64,000 nt of DNA from contig NW_003314279.1 of the NCBI RefSeq assembly GCF_000143415.4, positions 274,734-338,733 on the forward strand, given 5' to 3'. The stretch is from Selaginella moellendorffii (Eukaryota; Plantae; Lycopodiophyta). The notes beneath the pieces are model-generated. The model was not told the DNA's origin and searched no databases. It saw only the letters and a list, made by a program, of their open reading frames with translations. This document shows positions 13,451 to 28,009 of this stretch, piece by piece (position 1 is the first letter of the stretch; each line of letters opens with the position of its first letter). The translations under genes and the position numbers were made by a program.

Positions 13451-14570
13451 AGTTTGGGCCGCCTGGGTTTGAGAAAGATGTCAGCGTTAGCCCCCTTGGG
13501 GAAGAACAATCCCGATACGGAAGCGTCTCCTGTTCCGTGCGAAACTTGGGGAACTTACTGGGGCGGTCTCGGAGATGGCCATGGAGTAGTCATTCGCGGA
13601 GATCAGATTCCCGTTTACTTGCTTCGCGGCTCCACGGTTTTGATGCACACTCAAGCCCTCGTCGGCCTTTCTTGTATGATCAAGCTTGCGACGGAGATCC
13701 GAGACGAGGCCTGTCAACTTTGCGACTGTGACGTTGTACGGAGGTAACTTGTTTTCCAGAGCAGTGTCCGGATCACTGCGTCCTGGCCGGCTTGGATTCC
13801 CATCAATCCGGACAACCAACTGTTTTGAAGAAACAAAGAATCTCTTGAAAATCTTGTAATTCTTTGTTACATTTCGTGCTTGAATGCCAGTCACTCGATT
13901 GCTCGAACCTACGAGCGTGTTAAGGCCAACGTACGGTATCACATATGCAGCAATGAGAAAGTTTGCGTCGTTTTCGTACGGATCAAACTGCAAAGAACCA
14001 CCATCAACTTCGGTGTGATTGTGAACGAGAGCCTTGCTGATGAGGGAATTCCACACTCCAGCATCTATGTTTAGCAGGGGCCGACAAATCGATTGTTTGT
14101 CCAGCTTATCTTGGATTGCCCTGTGTGAAAACAACTTTAGAAAAAAAGACTTGAGAGAAAGAAATGTTAACTACCTGATATGACCTGTAGATTGGAGCCT
14201 AAGTTCTTTGGCAACATGCTCCATTTGTGTAGAGAGTTGAGCTTTGCGGCCTCCAATAGGCGGTGGCCCCTTCTCGGCAAGCTTTGCATTAACTTTGTCA
14301 AGCCCGTGCCCAAACGCTGCATGGAGGAAGAACTCGGCTTGGAGATAGTGAACGTGGTTGATTCAATCGACATCGCTGGAGGTGAAGTTTACTGGCGGCG
14401 GTGGTGACGGGCACAAAGGTGGCGGTGGCGGTGGTGGTAGCATTGGAGGCCGCAGAAATGGAAAGGAGGGCCATGGAAAGTGCGGGTTGATGTTATACCA
14501 CCAGGGAAGGTCATCGTTGTCATCTTTTGCGAGTGATCTCGAGAGCCGGTTCAGGAAAATTTGATAGGCT
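13450..14570 (-). pseudogene. Desiccation-related protein PCC13-62 (ferritin-like) pseudogene
   Basis: YLQAEFFLHAAFGHGLD, GPPPIGGRKAQL, FDPYENDANFLIAAYVIPYVGL, GIQAGQDAVIR; stop at about 14363 and frameshifts. Confidence 0.82.
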
Positions 14571-15382
14571 TTCCAGAGCTCTTGGAAATCCCGGCTCGTG
14601 TTGGTGGATGCTTGGGTTGTTTCGAGTGCTTTCGATGGTGCTGTAGATCGAGAAGAAATCGATCGAAAGCAGCAGCAGCAGTGCCGGACGACAGTTACTT
14701 TCAACTGACCCAGGGATGTCAACTTGGCTCAAATTAAATTATTAAAAATGTTTATTTTTACAAAACATCCCAATTTTCATCAAACTAGAGATCTTTGAGA
14801 AGTTCCCCCCAGTTGACCTCAGAGCAAGAAAGATCCAATCTTAACTCTTCAAGTGAGGTCGCATCAATATGGCATCATATGACGGCCTTTTTGTTTTGCC
14901 ACTTATCTTCTTACATCTTAGTACTGCCTTGATACTGTTCACGGTTACTCCCAAACAAGCTAGTGAATGTTGTTGTCGTTTTGAGTTCGAGAAAAGCCAC
15001 CACAGTTCTTGCTTCATCACGAGTTTGTTGTCCACCTCTCTGGGTTCTCTAAGTTCAAAGAAACTTGCTTGATCCACCTCGGATCCTTCCAGATCCATGA
15101 GAGAGCACAAGGCTGGAGGGTCCAGAGGGACCCTCTTGTGTGGAGAACACGTCCTCTTGGTCGACCGAGTTAGGTTCTTCGAAGAACGGGGACGTGGAGA
15201 ACGCTTCCTCTTGTTAGACCAAGTCGAATTTGGGGATGGATGATCGATCGAAGAACTCGAGTGAGAACCCATCGTTTTTCCTTCCCTTCATGGATTTATA
15301 TAAAACTAAGCTCCCTTTTTAACCACCTTTTTGCTTTGTTCCTTATTTTAAAAAAAAATTAGATTAAAACTTACCTGAATTA

Positions 15383-16140
15383 TCAATAGTCTCCACAAGA
15401 GCACGTCCCATTGTCAAAGTGATGGAAGCGATGGCTGTCTCTCACGACAATCTCTTTTTCCGTGATCTTGGAGATAAACTTGGTGGCAGTGTGACAGTCC
15501 CCACACACGCGCAAGTTCTTGATGATCCTCAGCGAAGTTCCTGGGGCTGTGCTGATCAACCCAAACGCAATCGCCATCTTCTCGCTGTGATACGAGAGCA
15601 AGCGCTTCTTTTGCTCGTCCCCCACGTCGTGAAGCATGAGAGTGGTGTCTCTCCGACCTCAGCCTCTCCAGCTCCTCCAAGATCTCTGGAGTTCGAGCAT
15701 TTGTCGTGTCCCCCGTGAAGAACTCGTGGACTCTTCGCTTCACCACGATGAGCTGAAAGCCGGCTCCTTCCTGATGTTCTTCTCGTACATGAGCCTCCCG
15801 ATCTTGCCCCCCTCTCGTCCTTCTTCCTGAATTCGTTGTAGAGATTCGACAGCACCATGTACGCCACGGAGCGATTCGATGTGAGCTCCATCAAGTGCTT
15901 GGCCGACTTTCTCGCTTGCTCCACGTCCTTGTGAACTTTGGAGGCTCCCAGCATTGTGGAGTGGATCACCCGGTCGGGGTGCCACGGCTATAAACTTCTC
16001 AGCAGCGTCGAGCTTGGCTATGAGGTCCACCATGCAGTAGTAGTGCTCAGCTCGCGGGGAGATCGTTGGGTAGTCGTGGAGGAGTGACACGAAGAGCTGG
16101 ACGCCGTCTTTGACGAGACCGTGGCTGCAAGCTGAGAAGA
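15383..16140 (-). pseudogene. PPR E/DYW gene 3' part, frameshifted
   Basis: [37 protein letters not shown] (terminal W codon is TGA); E-domain AYMVLSNLY in another frame. Confidence 0.9.
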
Positions 16141-16182
16141 GCCATTATTAACAACAAGTTGCTTTGAGTAAGCATATGCTAG

Positions 16183-16282
16183 NNNNNNNNNNNNNNNNNN
16201 NNNNNNNNNNNNNNNNNNNNNNNNNNNNNNNNNNNNNNNNNNNNNNNNNNNNNNNNNNNNNNNNNNNNNNNNNNNNNNNNNN
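16183..16282. other. Assembly gap (100 N)
   Basis: Run of N. Confidence 1.
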
Positions 16283-16457
16283 TTTATGCAAAGTATATTT
16301 CCACTTCAGTGCTTACTTTTCAAACACACATAATGGCACCACCACCACCTCTGTGAAGAAAGTGGTGGTAAAGCAGCAATTAATGGTGATGAAGTGAATG
16401 TGATAAACCTCCTTGAGAGGTCCATCTGAAAACTTGATCACCACCATTCCATGGCCT

Positions 16458-16619
16458 TGTGGAGATGAGTGATGGCAAGTCTCCTCATCAGCAAATAAAC
16501 CAAGTCATCCATGCAAAACACTAAATGCCAAGTGTCACACCCATACCATTATGTACATAACCATACCAAAGTAATGAAGTCGACAAAGCATTACACACAC
16601 ACAGATCCAGACATCTACA
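16458..16619 (+). repeat. 5' LTR (about 162 bp)
   Basis: tgtggagatgagtga...cacacccataccattatgtacataaccataccaaag...ccagacatctaca. Confidence 0.82.
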
Positions 16620-17927
16620 TGGGTTTGTTTCAATCCTCATGGCATGTCAATGAATGAGATTTGCACACCTTAGCTTGCAACAAGCTCTCAGAAAGCATCA
16701 TTTGGGCATGTGTGAAACTGGCCATCTTGACAAGCAAATTTATCTTCCATTCACATCAAGAACCATGAAGTAGGCTTGTTAGATCTGGTTCATAATGACA
16801 TGTGCTACCTACCTATGGAAACACTTAGCCACAAGAGGTACTTTATATCTTTTATCAATGACCATTCTAAGTACACTATGGTGAATGCAAAGAGTGAAGT
16901 GTTTGACCACTTCAAGCTTTTCAAGAGCTTGGTAAAGACCTTTACTGGAAGGAAAATCCATGTGCTACACACAGATGGTGGTGGCAAGTACATGAGCAGT
17001 GAGTTTTTGAACTTTCTGATTGAGGCTGGCATTGTTCATCAGTATACAATAGCTTAATACTCCCTAGCAGAATAGCATGGCAAAGCAACTCAATCACACT
17101 CTATTAGAGACTATTCTCTCTATATCAAGATGGTTAAGGATTTCTATTCTTAGCCTTATATGTGGATGATACACTATTACCTCCAATCAGATGTGGCTCA
17201 TCAACTGGATTAAGACTTACTTTGTTGCCAAATTCAAGATGACTGATATGGGAGAATTGCACTACTACTTGGGAATTTAGATAGGTAACGTGGAGTACTA
17301 AAGCTCTCCAACGAGAAATACATCCATGACATTCTCCAAAGGTACTCTATGCTTAATGCTAACTTGAGTGGATAATTCTATGGAAGTAGGCTCAAAGTTG
17401 TCTAAGGCTTCTAGCTTAACATCAACTTCAAATGACACTCCCGAAGAGGACAACACGACACTATATTGTTCAATGGTTGAGAGTCTCATCTACTTGATGG
17501 TCTCAACTAGGCCTAACCTCACATTTGGTGTGGGAGTAGTCTCGGGCTGCTGTGAAGTAGATCATGAGGTATATGAGTGGTACAAGGAAATACACACTGA
17601 AATATGGAAGAGGAAATATGTATAACCATAATGTGGTTAGTTGATGTTTCAAAAGGCAGCAAATCACTGTGATGTCCTTGTGCAACCATTGAGGTGGTTG
17701 AGCAAAATTCAAGTTGATGGTTCCATTGTGCTTAGTGCATGAGTGAAATCTCACATCCCTAGTGAACACTATTGCCAACGTACTATTGAAATTTGTATCC
17801 TTAAGCCCTGCAGTAACATTTTAAGCCAGACGGCTTCTTTCATCTGACGAAGTCCCTACCTCAAGTGAAACATGAAGTCTTCCTCAAATATCTCCATTTG
17901 ACTGACAGTGAGAGCCTTGAGAAGGAG

Positions 17928-18081
17928 TGTGGAAATGAGTGACAACAAGTCTCCATGTCAACAAACAAAACGAAGTCATCCATCCAATGCCAAGCATCAC
18001 ACCCATACCATTATGTACATAACCATACCAAAGCAATGAAGTCAACAAAGCATTCCACACACAAAAATCCAGACATTTACA
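17928..18081 (+). repeat. 3' LTR (about 154 bp)
   Basis: tgtggaaatgagtga...cacacccataccattatgtacataaccataccaaag...ccagacatttaca. Confidence 0.82.
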
Positions 18082-18106
18082 TATACTTCATTTCTGCAAC
18101 AGACCC

Positions 18107-19060
18107 TTGGCAAGATGCTTCGGCAGCATCCTAGCGGATGTTATTCTTTATGCTGACAAGCACCCAATGTCCCTGTTTCTCCTAGACAAGGCTTGTAAAG
18201 AGTACGTTGAAGACGAATTCTTCCGCAAGAAGAGACGTTTGGGCATTTCTCTACTGGATCCGGAGACGGGAAATGAACTCTACATGACAGCCAAACTGGA
18301 AAGCCCGGAGAAGTACCTGGACGAAAAGAGAGACTGGAAATGGTCCTGCTTACCTTCAGGACAGCTGCCAAAGCTCAAGGCCAACCTCATGAACAAACTC
18401 AAGGAAAGATATGTGATTTGGCCGGAAGTGGGTTGGAGAGGCTATCCAGGCTACCGGTTTGAACTTCCAAGGGCAACAAATCGGAGTGTTCCAGCTGAAA
18501 AGCTTTGAAGGGTGAACTAGCATTATCAGGCCAGATAACTGGAAGCCACACCAGGCAGTATACAACTCGTTCAAGTATGTGGATCGCGTGCTAGCGTGGG
18601 TAAACGAGCAGCGAGTGTTACATATCCTTGCACTCCAGGTCACTGTTAGTCCGGAAACACACAGGAAGACAGATGGTATACTGGACATTGCGTGGTGCAC
18701 ACTGTGTACATCTGCCCAGCCCCAACCAAGAGCGCAGCTGTTTCACACAGTGCAGAGGAAGGGAAAGTAGCGTACACGACGCATGAGCTTGAGCTGGCCA
18801 GTGCTTACCAACCTTGGACAGGATGAAATCTACATTCTTAAGGAACTGGTAAGGAAATTAGAAGTATGTGCAGTGGGGCTATCAAGCTAGTCTTAAAGAC
18901 CCTTCCCCATGAGAAGCAGAAACTCTTGAAAAAGGCCAAGGAACAACCCAGCGGAGCCAGGGCATGGCTGGAAAACGAGTGCTGTACCGAGGCAAGTATG
19001 GTATTCGGGATCCTTCTCGGAAACAGTGTGTATTCCCTCCTCGAGGCAATGACCGTCTAG
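18107..19060 (+). pseudogene. Fragmented hypothetical protein gene
   Basis: Consecutive coding-like + strand ORFs (133, 63 and 64 aa) in shifting frames; no recognised family. Confidence 0.35.
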
Positions 19061-19438
19061 TTTTGATACTTGAATCATTGTTTGAGCCACTATTGCAGTG
19101 CTGGTGTGCGGGCATACATAGTTTTTTTAATTTTATTTTGGACCTTCTCACGTACTGGTGTGAAAACTTGGTGTTGTGTTACTTCATCACTTTGTGGGAT
19201 GTTGTTCGTCAGCAACTTTGAGGAACTTTGTTGTTATTCAGTCTGGTGTATTGTCGAACTTTGATGTCGTCAGCAAGACAATTGCATACGCAAAAACAAA
19301 GTTGATGGAACATCAAGCAAACTCAATCAAACGCATAAGTTTTATAAAAGAGCGGTTCGCTTTTTGCTCCGTTGTTTACTAAGAGGTTACTGATCATTCT
19401 TGTGTGGGAGAGCCGTGGTCAAACTTTAGGGCCATTTG

Positions 19439-20741
19439 ATGGACAGCGAGAAGGTGTGTGTCACTGGCGCTTCTGGTTTCCTGGCATCTTGGCTCGTGAA
19501 GCGGCTACTGGAGGAGGGATATTACGTCGTCGGGACTGTGCGCGATCCAGGTACATAGAAACGAGACGAAACCCCTCATTCTCTTGTTTGTGATATAGAC
19601 GATGCGAGCAAGACTGCCCACCTGTGGGAGCTTCCGGGGGCGAGAGAGAGGCTGGATCTCAAGAAGGCCGACCTTATCACGCCAGGCGCCTTTGACGATA
19701 TTGTCCAAGGCTGCCATGGAGTTTTCCATATCGCGGCTGCCGTGACTAACCGGTACAAGGAGGATCCACTGGTAACTTCGCTTGACTCCATCGATTCAAC
19801 AGCTCTCTGGCAGCTTCGGTCTAGTCTTGTATCTCGAACTTTTACTGTTTTTTTTTTCTTGTTCTTTGGTTCTTCTTAGACCGAGATTGTTGATCCATGC
19901 GTGCTTGGAACTCTGAACGTGCTTAATGCCTGTAAACGATCCACAACAGTCAAGCGAGTGGTGTGCACGTCATCCGTGGCTGCTGTTAGCGCGAGGAACG
20001 ACTTCAAGCCCGATGACGTCTTGGATGAATCGGTTTGGAGCGCCCCGGACTTCTGTCGGGAGATCGAGGTAAGTTTCTTATTTCCATGAGCAAAGATTCT
20101 TACAAGTTTCTCAAGTCTAGATGTGGTATGGTCTGGGGAAGACTCTATCCGAGCAAGCAGCACTCGAGTTTGGGAAAGAAAACGGCTTAGATGTGATCAC
20201 AATCGCGCCCAGCTTAATCGTTGGAGAACTACTCTCGTCCAGGGCCACCGCAAGCGTTGCTGATATTATCCTACAGCTCCAAGGTAAAGCCTTAATTACA
20301 ATCTCGGAAGAAAAACAAAATGATTTCAGATTCCATGCAGGAGCCAAGCAGTGGTTCAATTACGCTGGATACGTCCATCTCGACGACGTTGCTCAAGCTC
20401 ACCTCCTCGCTTATACAAATCCCAAAGCCAGTGGAAGATACGTTTGTTCAGCGATCAACATGAGTACTATCGACCTCGCCAGCTTCTTGTCCAAGCGGTA
20501 TCCCAAGCACCAAATCACCGACGAGTAAGATCACGCAAAAAAAAGCTTTGTTTTCTGTCGCTGTTTTATTCTCATTCCTTTGCTTTCTTGCAGGATCGAG
20601 GTCGTCTCTCTGGCAGAGTTCAAGGGATTCAGCTCCAGAAAGCTTCAAGATGAGCTTGGGCTCCAATTCAAGTCTCTGGAGCAAATGTTTGACGATTGCA
20701 TTGCGAGCTTGGAGCGCAAAGGCCTCTTAACTTTGAGTTAG
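19439..20741 (+). CDS. NADPH-dependent SDR reductase, tetraketide alpha-pyrone reductase 1 / CCR-like (intact copy 2, 6 exons)
   Basis: [34 protein letters not shown], catalytic [15 protein letters not shown]; spliced frame reads through to TAG 20741. Confidence 0.88.
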
Positions 20742-21269
20742 TAGTTTACTGCAACTCAAATAACACGAACACACTTCTTCTCCTTGAATAAAATCTCTCT
20801 GATTTGATCCAAGAATTAAAACAAAGAAGATAAAAGTTAATATCTCTCTCTGTCTCAATTCTTCCTGCAAGAAAAAAAAATGCTCCAACTTTTACATTTG
20901 ACGTTTTTGCTGGATGCTCTCCACGTGCACAACTTTCTGGGCGATCCATCAAAGGCCAATTTCTGCAGATTCCTACAGGTCTTAGAGGAACGACTGCATG
21001 GCTCTTCGGAGTTACGGACTCTATATTTATCTATCTTACAAGTACTATGAAAATCATTAGCATTATTTGGCTTGGGTTGGGTATTGGATTTTCAAGGGTA
21101 AGTTGCCAACAGACCGTTGGCATTAGCCTTGTTTGATCTCTGACTTTGGTGCTGACCCGTTACTTAGCCAACTTGGTTGGTTTGAGGCAAAGGCTCTTCT
21201 TCTTCAATATCAAACTCTTGCTATGGCAGAGCATATACTGATTTTGCTCCATTGATTACTATATCAGAA

Positions 21270-21450
21270 AGACCTTTGCCATGTTGATTAAGGCACTTGA
21301 CACAGTGGCAGGTAACCTTTCACTCAATTTAGTGAGGAGTTTACTCTTTGCGCTTTTGTAATGTGTGTTTGAGGCCTGCAAAGGACAGAAAGGTGGTTCA
21401 GCCCGACAATGTGATAGTTATTCCGCATCTGTTATTAGTTACCAGGTAGA
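21270..21450 (+). pseudogene. Second PGDH remnant
   Basis: ttgattaaggcacttgac and gcctgcaaaggac...aaggtggttcagc...aatgtgatagtta match 9215-9400. Confidence 0.7.
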
Positions 21451-21621
21451 TGAATCATCCCAGATTTATGTTTTAGCTTTACAGGTTAATAGACATCATC
21501 GCTCAAGCGAAGGGAATGAAAGTTCCATTTCATTGTCCAGCTTGAATAGTTAAAAAGCACTGTTTCCCGGTTACTGATAATTCTTGTGAGAGAGAGCCGT
21601 GTTCAACTTTAGGGTCATTCC

Positions 21622-22650
21622 ATGGCGATGGCGAACGAGAAGAAGGTTTGGGCATCTGGTTTCCTTCGTGAAGCGGCTACTGAAGGAGGGACATCACGTT
21701 GTCGGGGTACTCAGGCTAATCGATTCTACTTAGAAATTGCTTTTCTTGTTTGTGCGAGCTTCCGGGGGAGAGAAAGAAGGCCGACCTTGTCACGGAATTA
21801 GGCGCCTTTGACAATATTGTCCAAGTTTCCATCTCGCGGGCCGTGACTTTCAGCTACAAGGAGGTAACTTTGCTTGACTCCTTCGATTCAACAGCTCTCT
21901 GCCAGCTATGGTCTAGTCTTGTATCTCGAACTTTTACTGGTTCGCTTTTTCTTGTCTTTGTGGTTCTTCTTCCAGACCGAGATTGTTGATCCATGAGTGC
22001 TTGGAACTCTGAACGTGCTCAATGCCTGGAAACAATCCACAACAGTCAAGCGAGTGGTGTGCACGTCATCCATGGCTTCTGTTAGCGCGAGGAACGACTT
22101 GATGAATCGGTGTGGAGCTCCCCAGACTGCTGCCGTGAGATTGAGGTAAGATTCTTATTTCCACAAGCAAGAAAGAACGAATTCTTACAAGTTTTTCAAG
22201 TCCAAATGTGGTATGGTCTGGGAAAGACTCTACCCGAGCAAGCAGCACTCGAGTTTGGGAAAGAAAACGGCATAGAGGTGATCACAATCGCTCCCAGCGT
22301 CGTGGGAGAACTTCTCTCGTCCAAGGCACATTGTAGATTGAGATTCCAAACACATTGTAGGAGCCACGGACTGTTTCGATCAGGCTGGATACGTTCATCT
22401 CGACGACGTTGCTCAAATCGTCCACCTCCTCCCCCCCTCGACGAGTAAGATCACGCAACAAATTTTTCTATTTTTCTCGCAGTTCTCATTCCTTTGCATG
22501 CTTGCAGGATCGAGGTCGTCATATTTCACGGGATTCAACTCCACAAAGCTTCAGGACGATCTTGGGATCCAATTCAAGTCGCTGGAGCAAATGTTTGAGG
22601 ATTGCGTTGACAGCTTCGAACGCAAAGGCCTCATAACTCGAGTTTGATAG
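21622..22650 (+). pseudogene. TKPR1/CCR-like reductase copy 3, heavily deleted
   Basis: Collinear with copy 2 but with many short deletions and stops; [18 protein letters not shown] retained. Confidence 0.88.
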
Positions 22651-23376
22651 TTGACTTTAATGCTAAGGAAATCCTCCTTGAATAAAGTCTCTGTGATTAG
22701 CATCCAAGAAAACAGAAAACAAGATTAAAGTCCATGTGTAGAATACTTTTGTCATCAATGCCTGTCTAAATCGTTTGGGATTGGCAGACACTAGTTTCTA
22801 AAATGTACACTCGAACATCCATTCAAACCATCTTCGCTCGCATGTCTTCAATGCAGAATTTGTGCCGATTGTGTAGTCGTCAAAGACGAACCCAAATTTG
22901 TGTCAATCGCTGCAGCGACCCAGTCTCGCAAAAACTCTTTTCTAATTTCCACTCTTTATACGATGCTCACTATTTCGTGTCCAAGTGAAACAAAACTTGG
23001 TGTAAAAGTTCTATACCACCACGTTTGACCGGCAAACAGTGAGAGTTTGACTGGCACTGCGCTGGTCAACCCTGCCACCTCCGAGAAAGAAAAAAAATGC
23101 GAAGGTTTTACATGCCGGGTGCCATTCCTGGAACCAGCCAATTCCTGTGAACCCTCCCTGCTATAAATTGGAGCCTCCTCTCTCACATCTCCATAAATCG
23201 ACGATCATAACTGAGGTCCACTCTACAAATTTGGAGCTCTTCCATCTCTAATTCCAGTTCTAATCCCAGTTCTCCTAATAGATTCTAAAAAATCGAGAGA
23301 ATCGATCGCAAGTGCAAGTCTCCTGCTGTCGAAAGCTCTCCCCAATTGCTGATCGGATTTTGCGCCCTCGATCCAA

Positions 23377-24700
23377 ATGGCAATGACGTCGCCTCTATCG
23401 ATCCACGATCCTCTGTTCTTCGACGATGATGACCAATCCATTGGCGAGGTTCGCAATTCCCAATTTACCGAGGACGAGATCCTTGGCCGCATGGAATGCC
23501 TGGGCATGATCCACGCCTTCGTCACGCCCTTTGTGCTCAACGCTGCCATCAAGCTCCGGGTCTTCGACATCGTCGCGCACGCCGCAATTCCTCCCACCGC
23601 GGAGGAGATCATGGCCAAAATCTCCTCGTCGTCCTCATTCGCCGCCACCGCCCCCGCCGCCACTCCCCAGCTCGGGGTGCTCCGCCGGATCCTCCGGTTC
23701 CTGTCGCAGAGAAAGGTCCTCCGCCACGTCAGCCGGGACGACGGCCACGTCGGCTACGCGCTCACGGGAATCTCCACGTGGCTGGTCCGGAGCCGCGCCA
23801 GGTCGGACTACCTCGCCCCGCTGCTCGCCATGGAAATGCATGCCAGGTGTCAGGCGTCGTGGCAGAGGCTCCACGAGGTCGTGCTCGACGGCGGCGATGC
23901 GTTTGATCGTGCGAACGGGAACTACTTCTGGGACACCGGCCGCCATGACGCGCAGTTTAACCGCGTGGTAAACGACGCGATGATCGCGTTTAGCACCGCC
24001 ACCATGTCGCTCGTGCTCGAGAGCTACCGTGGATTCGCGGGCATCCGACGGCTGGTGGACGTTGGCGGCGGCATGGGCCACTCAGTGGCCAAGATCGTGG
24101 AGGCATACCCCCAGATCCAGGGAGTTAACTACGACCTCTCGCATGTCATAACGACGGCGCCGAAAATCCAAGGTAAAAATGCTTGCCGCTGACCTGGGCT
24201 TGTGAGAGTCTTACACGTGGCTGGCTTATATTTGCAGGCGTGGAGCACGTCAGCGGGGACATGTTTGAGAGCGTGCCCGCGGCGGATGCCATTTTCATCA
24301 AGGTGAAGCTATTACTTCTTATTTGGCGGCTAGATTAATTAACTCTGGATTTGCATTAATGCAGTCGGTTTTACATAATTGGGACGACGAGCACTGCGTC
24401 AAGCTCCTCAACAATTGCTACCGAGCGCTCCCGCAAGATGGGAAGCTCATAATCGTGGATATCATCTACAAGTCGAGCGATACTTTCGCAGCGCTGGAGG
24501 CCAACTTGGACATGATCATGCTGGCGTACACCACGGGCGGGCAAGAGAGAACTCCCAACGAGTGGGAAGAGCTTCTCATCTCTTGCGGCTTTGGCGGGAT
24601 CACGTTCCACACAAACATGCCGACCAAGGAGGGAGTGATCGAGGCTTACAAGATGGTAGAGTTGCGGGACGACGAGCAAGAGAGGATCTCAAGGCTGTGA
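23377..24700 (+). CDS. SAM-dependent O-methyltransferase (COMT/class II family); exons about 23377-24172, 24238-24302, 24365-24700
   Basis: Dimerisation domain, LVDVGGGMG, GVNYDL, GDMFESVP, KSVLHNWDDEHC, GGQER. Confidence 0.92.
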
Positions 24701-25379
24701 ACGAGAGAGATGCTTAAGATCTCCATGGAACAACCATGGAGATGTTAAATTCTAAACTGTACATAAATCAAAGCAAAGTCTTCAAAAACATACTTTACAT
24801 CTGTTATCTAAACTGTACAAGAATCAAAGCAACGTTTTTAAACAATGTGGATCATACTACTTGCGAGGAGCAAAGTTTTCTAGCGAGCTTTGCGATATTG
24901 TTGGATCCTGGCTCGTCTTTTCCAATCCTCGAGTCGGCGAAAACCACACACAAACCTCTCGCGCCTGCCAAAAACCAACACGAGTCAACGACCTTAAACA
25001 TCATCCTGGCACAAATAGAGAGGGCAGAGTGAGAAAAAGAAAAACAATCAAAAAGTTTTCTCCTCGAGTTCTTGACAAAAGCCTTTGCTTGGTTTGAGCT
25101 CCAGATTCAAAGTAACTGGAATGGTCAGACGAGGAATGCATCAGCCATTCACGCGAAGAGAAGAAACTTTCCAGAGATCTCAAGAGTCGCACAAACGAGG
25201 AAACGTTTTAAACGCCTACTAGTCAAATCGATCACCCACCAAAACAAGGAAAAGAATAAGAAAGATCTAGGAACTCTAGAGCTCTACGCATAGCACGGCC
25301 AGCTATGTCAACACCAAATCCCCCAGAGAAATACGTACCTCTCACGTATGACCACATGAACCGCTCGAGCGCGAATCCA

Positions 25380-26902
<1,523 letters not shown>

Positions 26903-28009
26903 GATAACAGAAATGCAATATCAATTGCCCGTTCGATCAGCTGGATGGACTGATATCCCTAAGGAGTAATATGCTCTTTAACCAGCGTTCTTGCTTCCCC
27001 ACGACCGCCTGACATTGTCAGCCCTATGATTCCATGCGGCACAATGCAGACATCCTCGGGGAGCTGCCAGTCTTATACAATGACATCCCACGTCCAGCAC
27101 AGGATGAACGTATGGAAGAAATTTTAAGTCGCTGCAGACCACTTCATTGGTTCTTTCCTTCATTTTGATGCATCCTCGCGATGCATTTCCACTCGAAGTT
27201 CTGTGCTCCGTGTGCCATCCTTGAACAATCACTCTAAATACCCTAAAAGCTTTGATGACTAATTTTGGAGCCAAGAAAGATTTTAGACTTCTTTAATCTG
27301 CAACAACTTGAGAACTGTTGAGGATTAGAAGGGCTTCAACCTGGAGGTGATCGACTTGGAGCTTTGTGAATAGAACGATTAATACATTTGTCTTCAACAC
27401 AGAAAGATACTAAGAAAGGTGGCAGAAAAAATTATTAATCGAAAGAAAATAAACACCACTGTGGAAGTTTTGTTGCTTGAAGCTCTTTCGCTGTTTCCAG
27501 CCACAGAACAAACTCTGTTGATTAGAAAAAATTCTGGAAAGGAAAGGGCTTGTGTGGAGGGTGAGCCAGGAGTGACTGTCACTCACATTGCCTTTATCCT
27601 CCTTTGCTGCCAGCATCCTTCTCAAATTTTACAGGAGTTAGGTTTGTGCTGGAATCAGGGAGTGTGAAGTGAGTACTACTCTTCCAGCTTTAGACTCTTC
27701 TTCATTAAAAAACGTAGACTCTATTCACATGCTAATCTCAAGTTTAAAATGTTTATATACTATTAGACGACAGTATATACTAGACTATCCTAGGATATAC
27801 CAATATATAGTTGTCAGGGTATAATGCTTAGAACTAATTAGATTGTTAAATCCCATAAAGCATTAAAGAAGAATTCATTGAAATCATTCCCATCATTTAT
27901 ATATCTGTATCTTCAAGAATGCTGGACCAAGGCCAGCTCAATGATCCTAACAGTTTTAATCATCTATAGTCATATGGTTTGGAAGTTGATGATCTATAGC
28001 TTGAGAATG

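Larger units (their letters stand above)
16458..18081 (+). mobile_element. Internally deleted Ty1/copia LTR retrotransposon
   Basis: Direct repeats TG...CA at both ends; integrase LDLVHNDM...FINDHS...LHTDGGGKY; RT remnants (FKMTDMGELHYYLG, STRPNLTFGVGVV); RNase H remnant HSCTKH appears on the opposite strand; purine tract before the 3' LTR. Confidence 0.85.

Noticed and set aside
26978-27680. Short ORFs upstream of the peroxidase
   Set aside because: Could not be assigned to a family or a consistent exon structure
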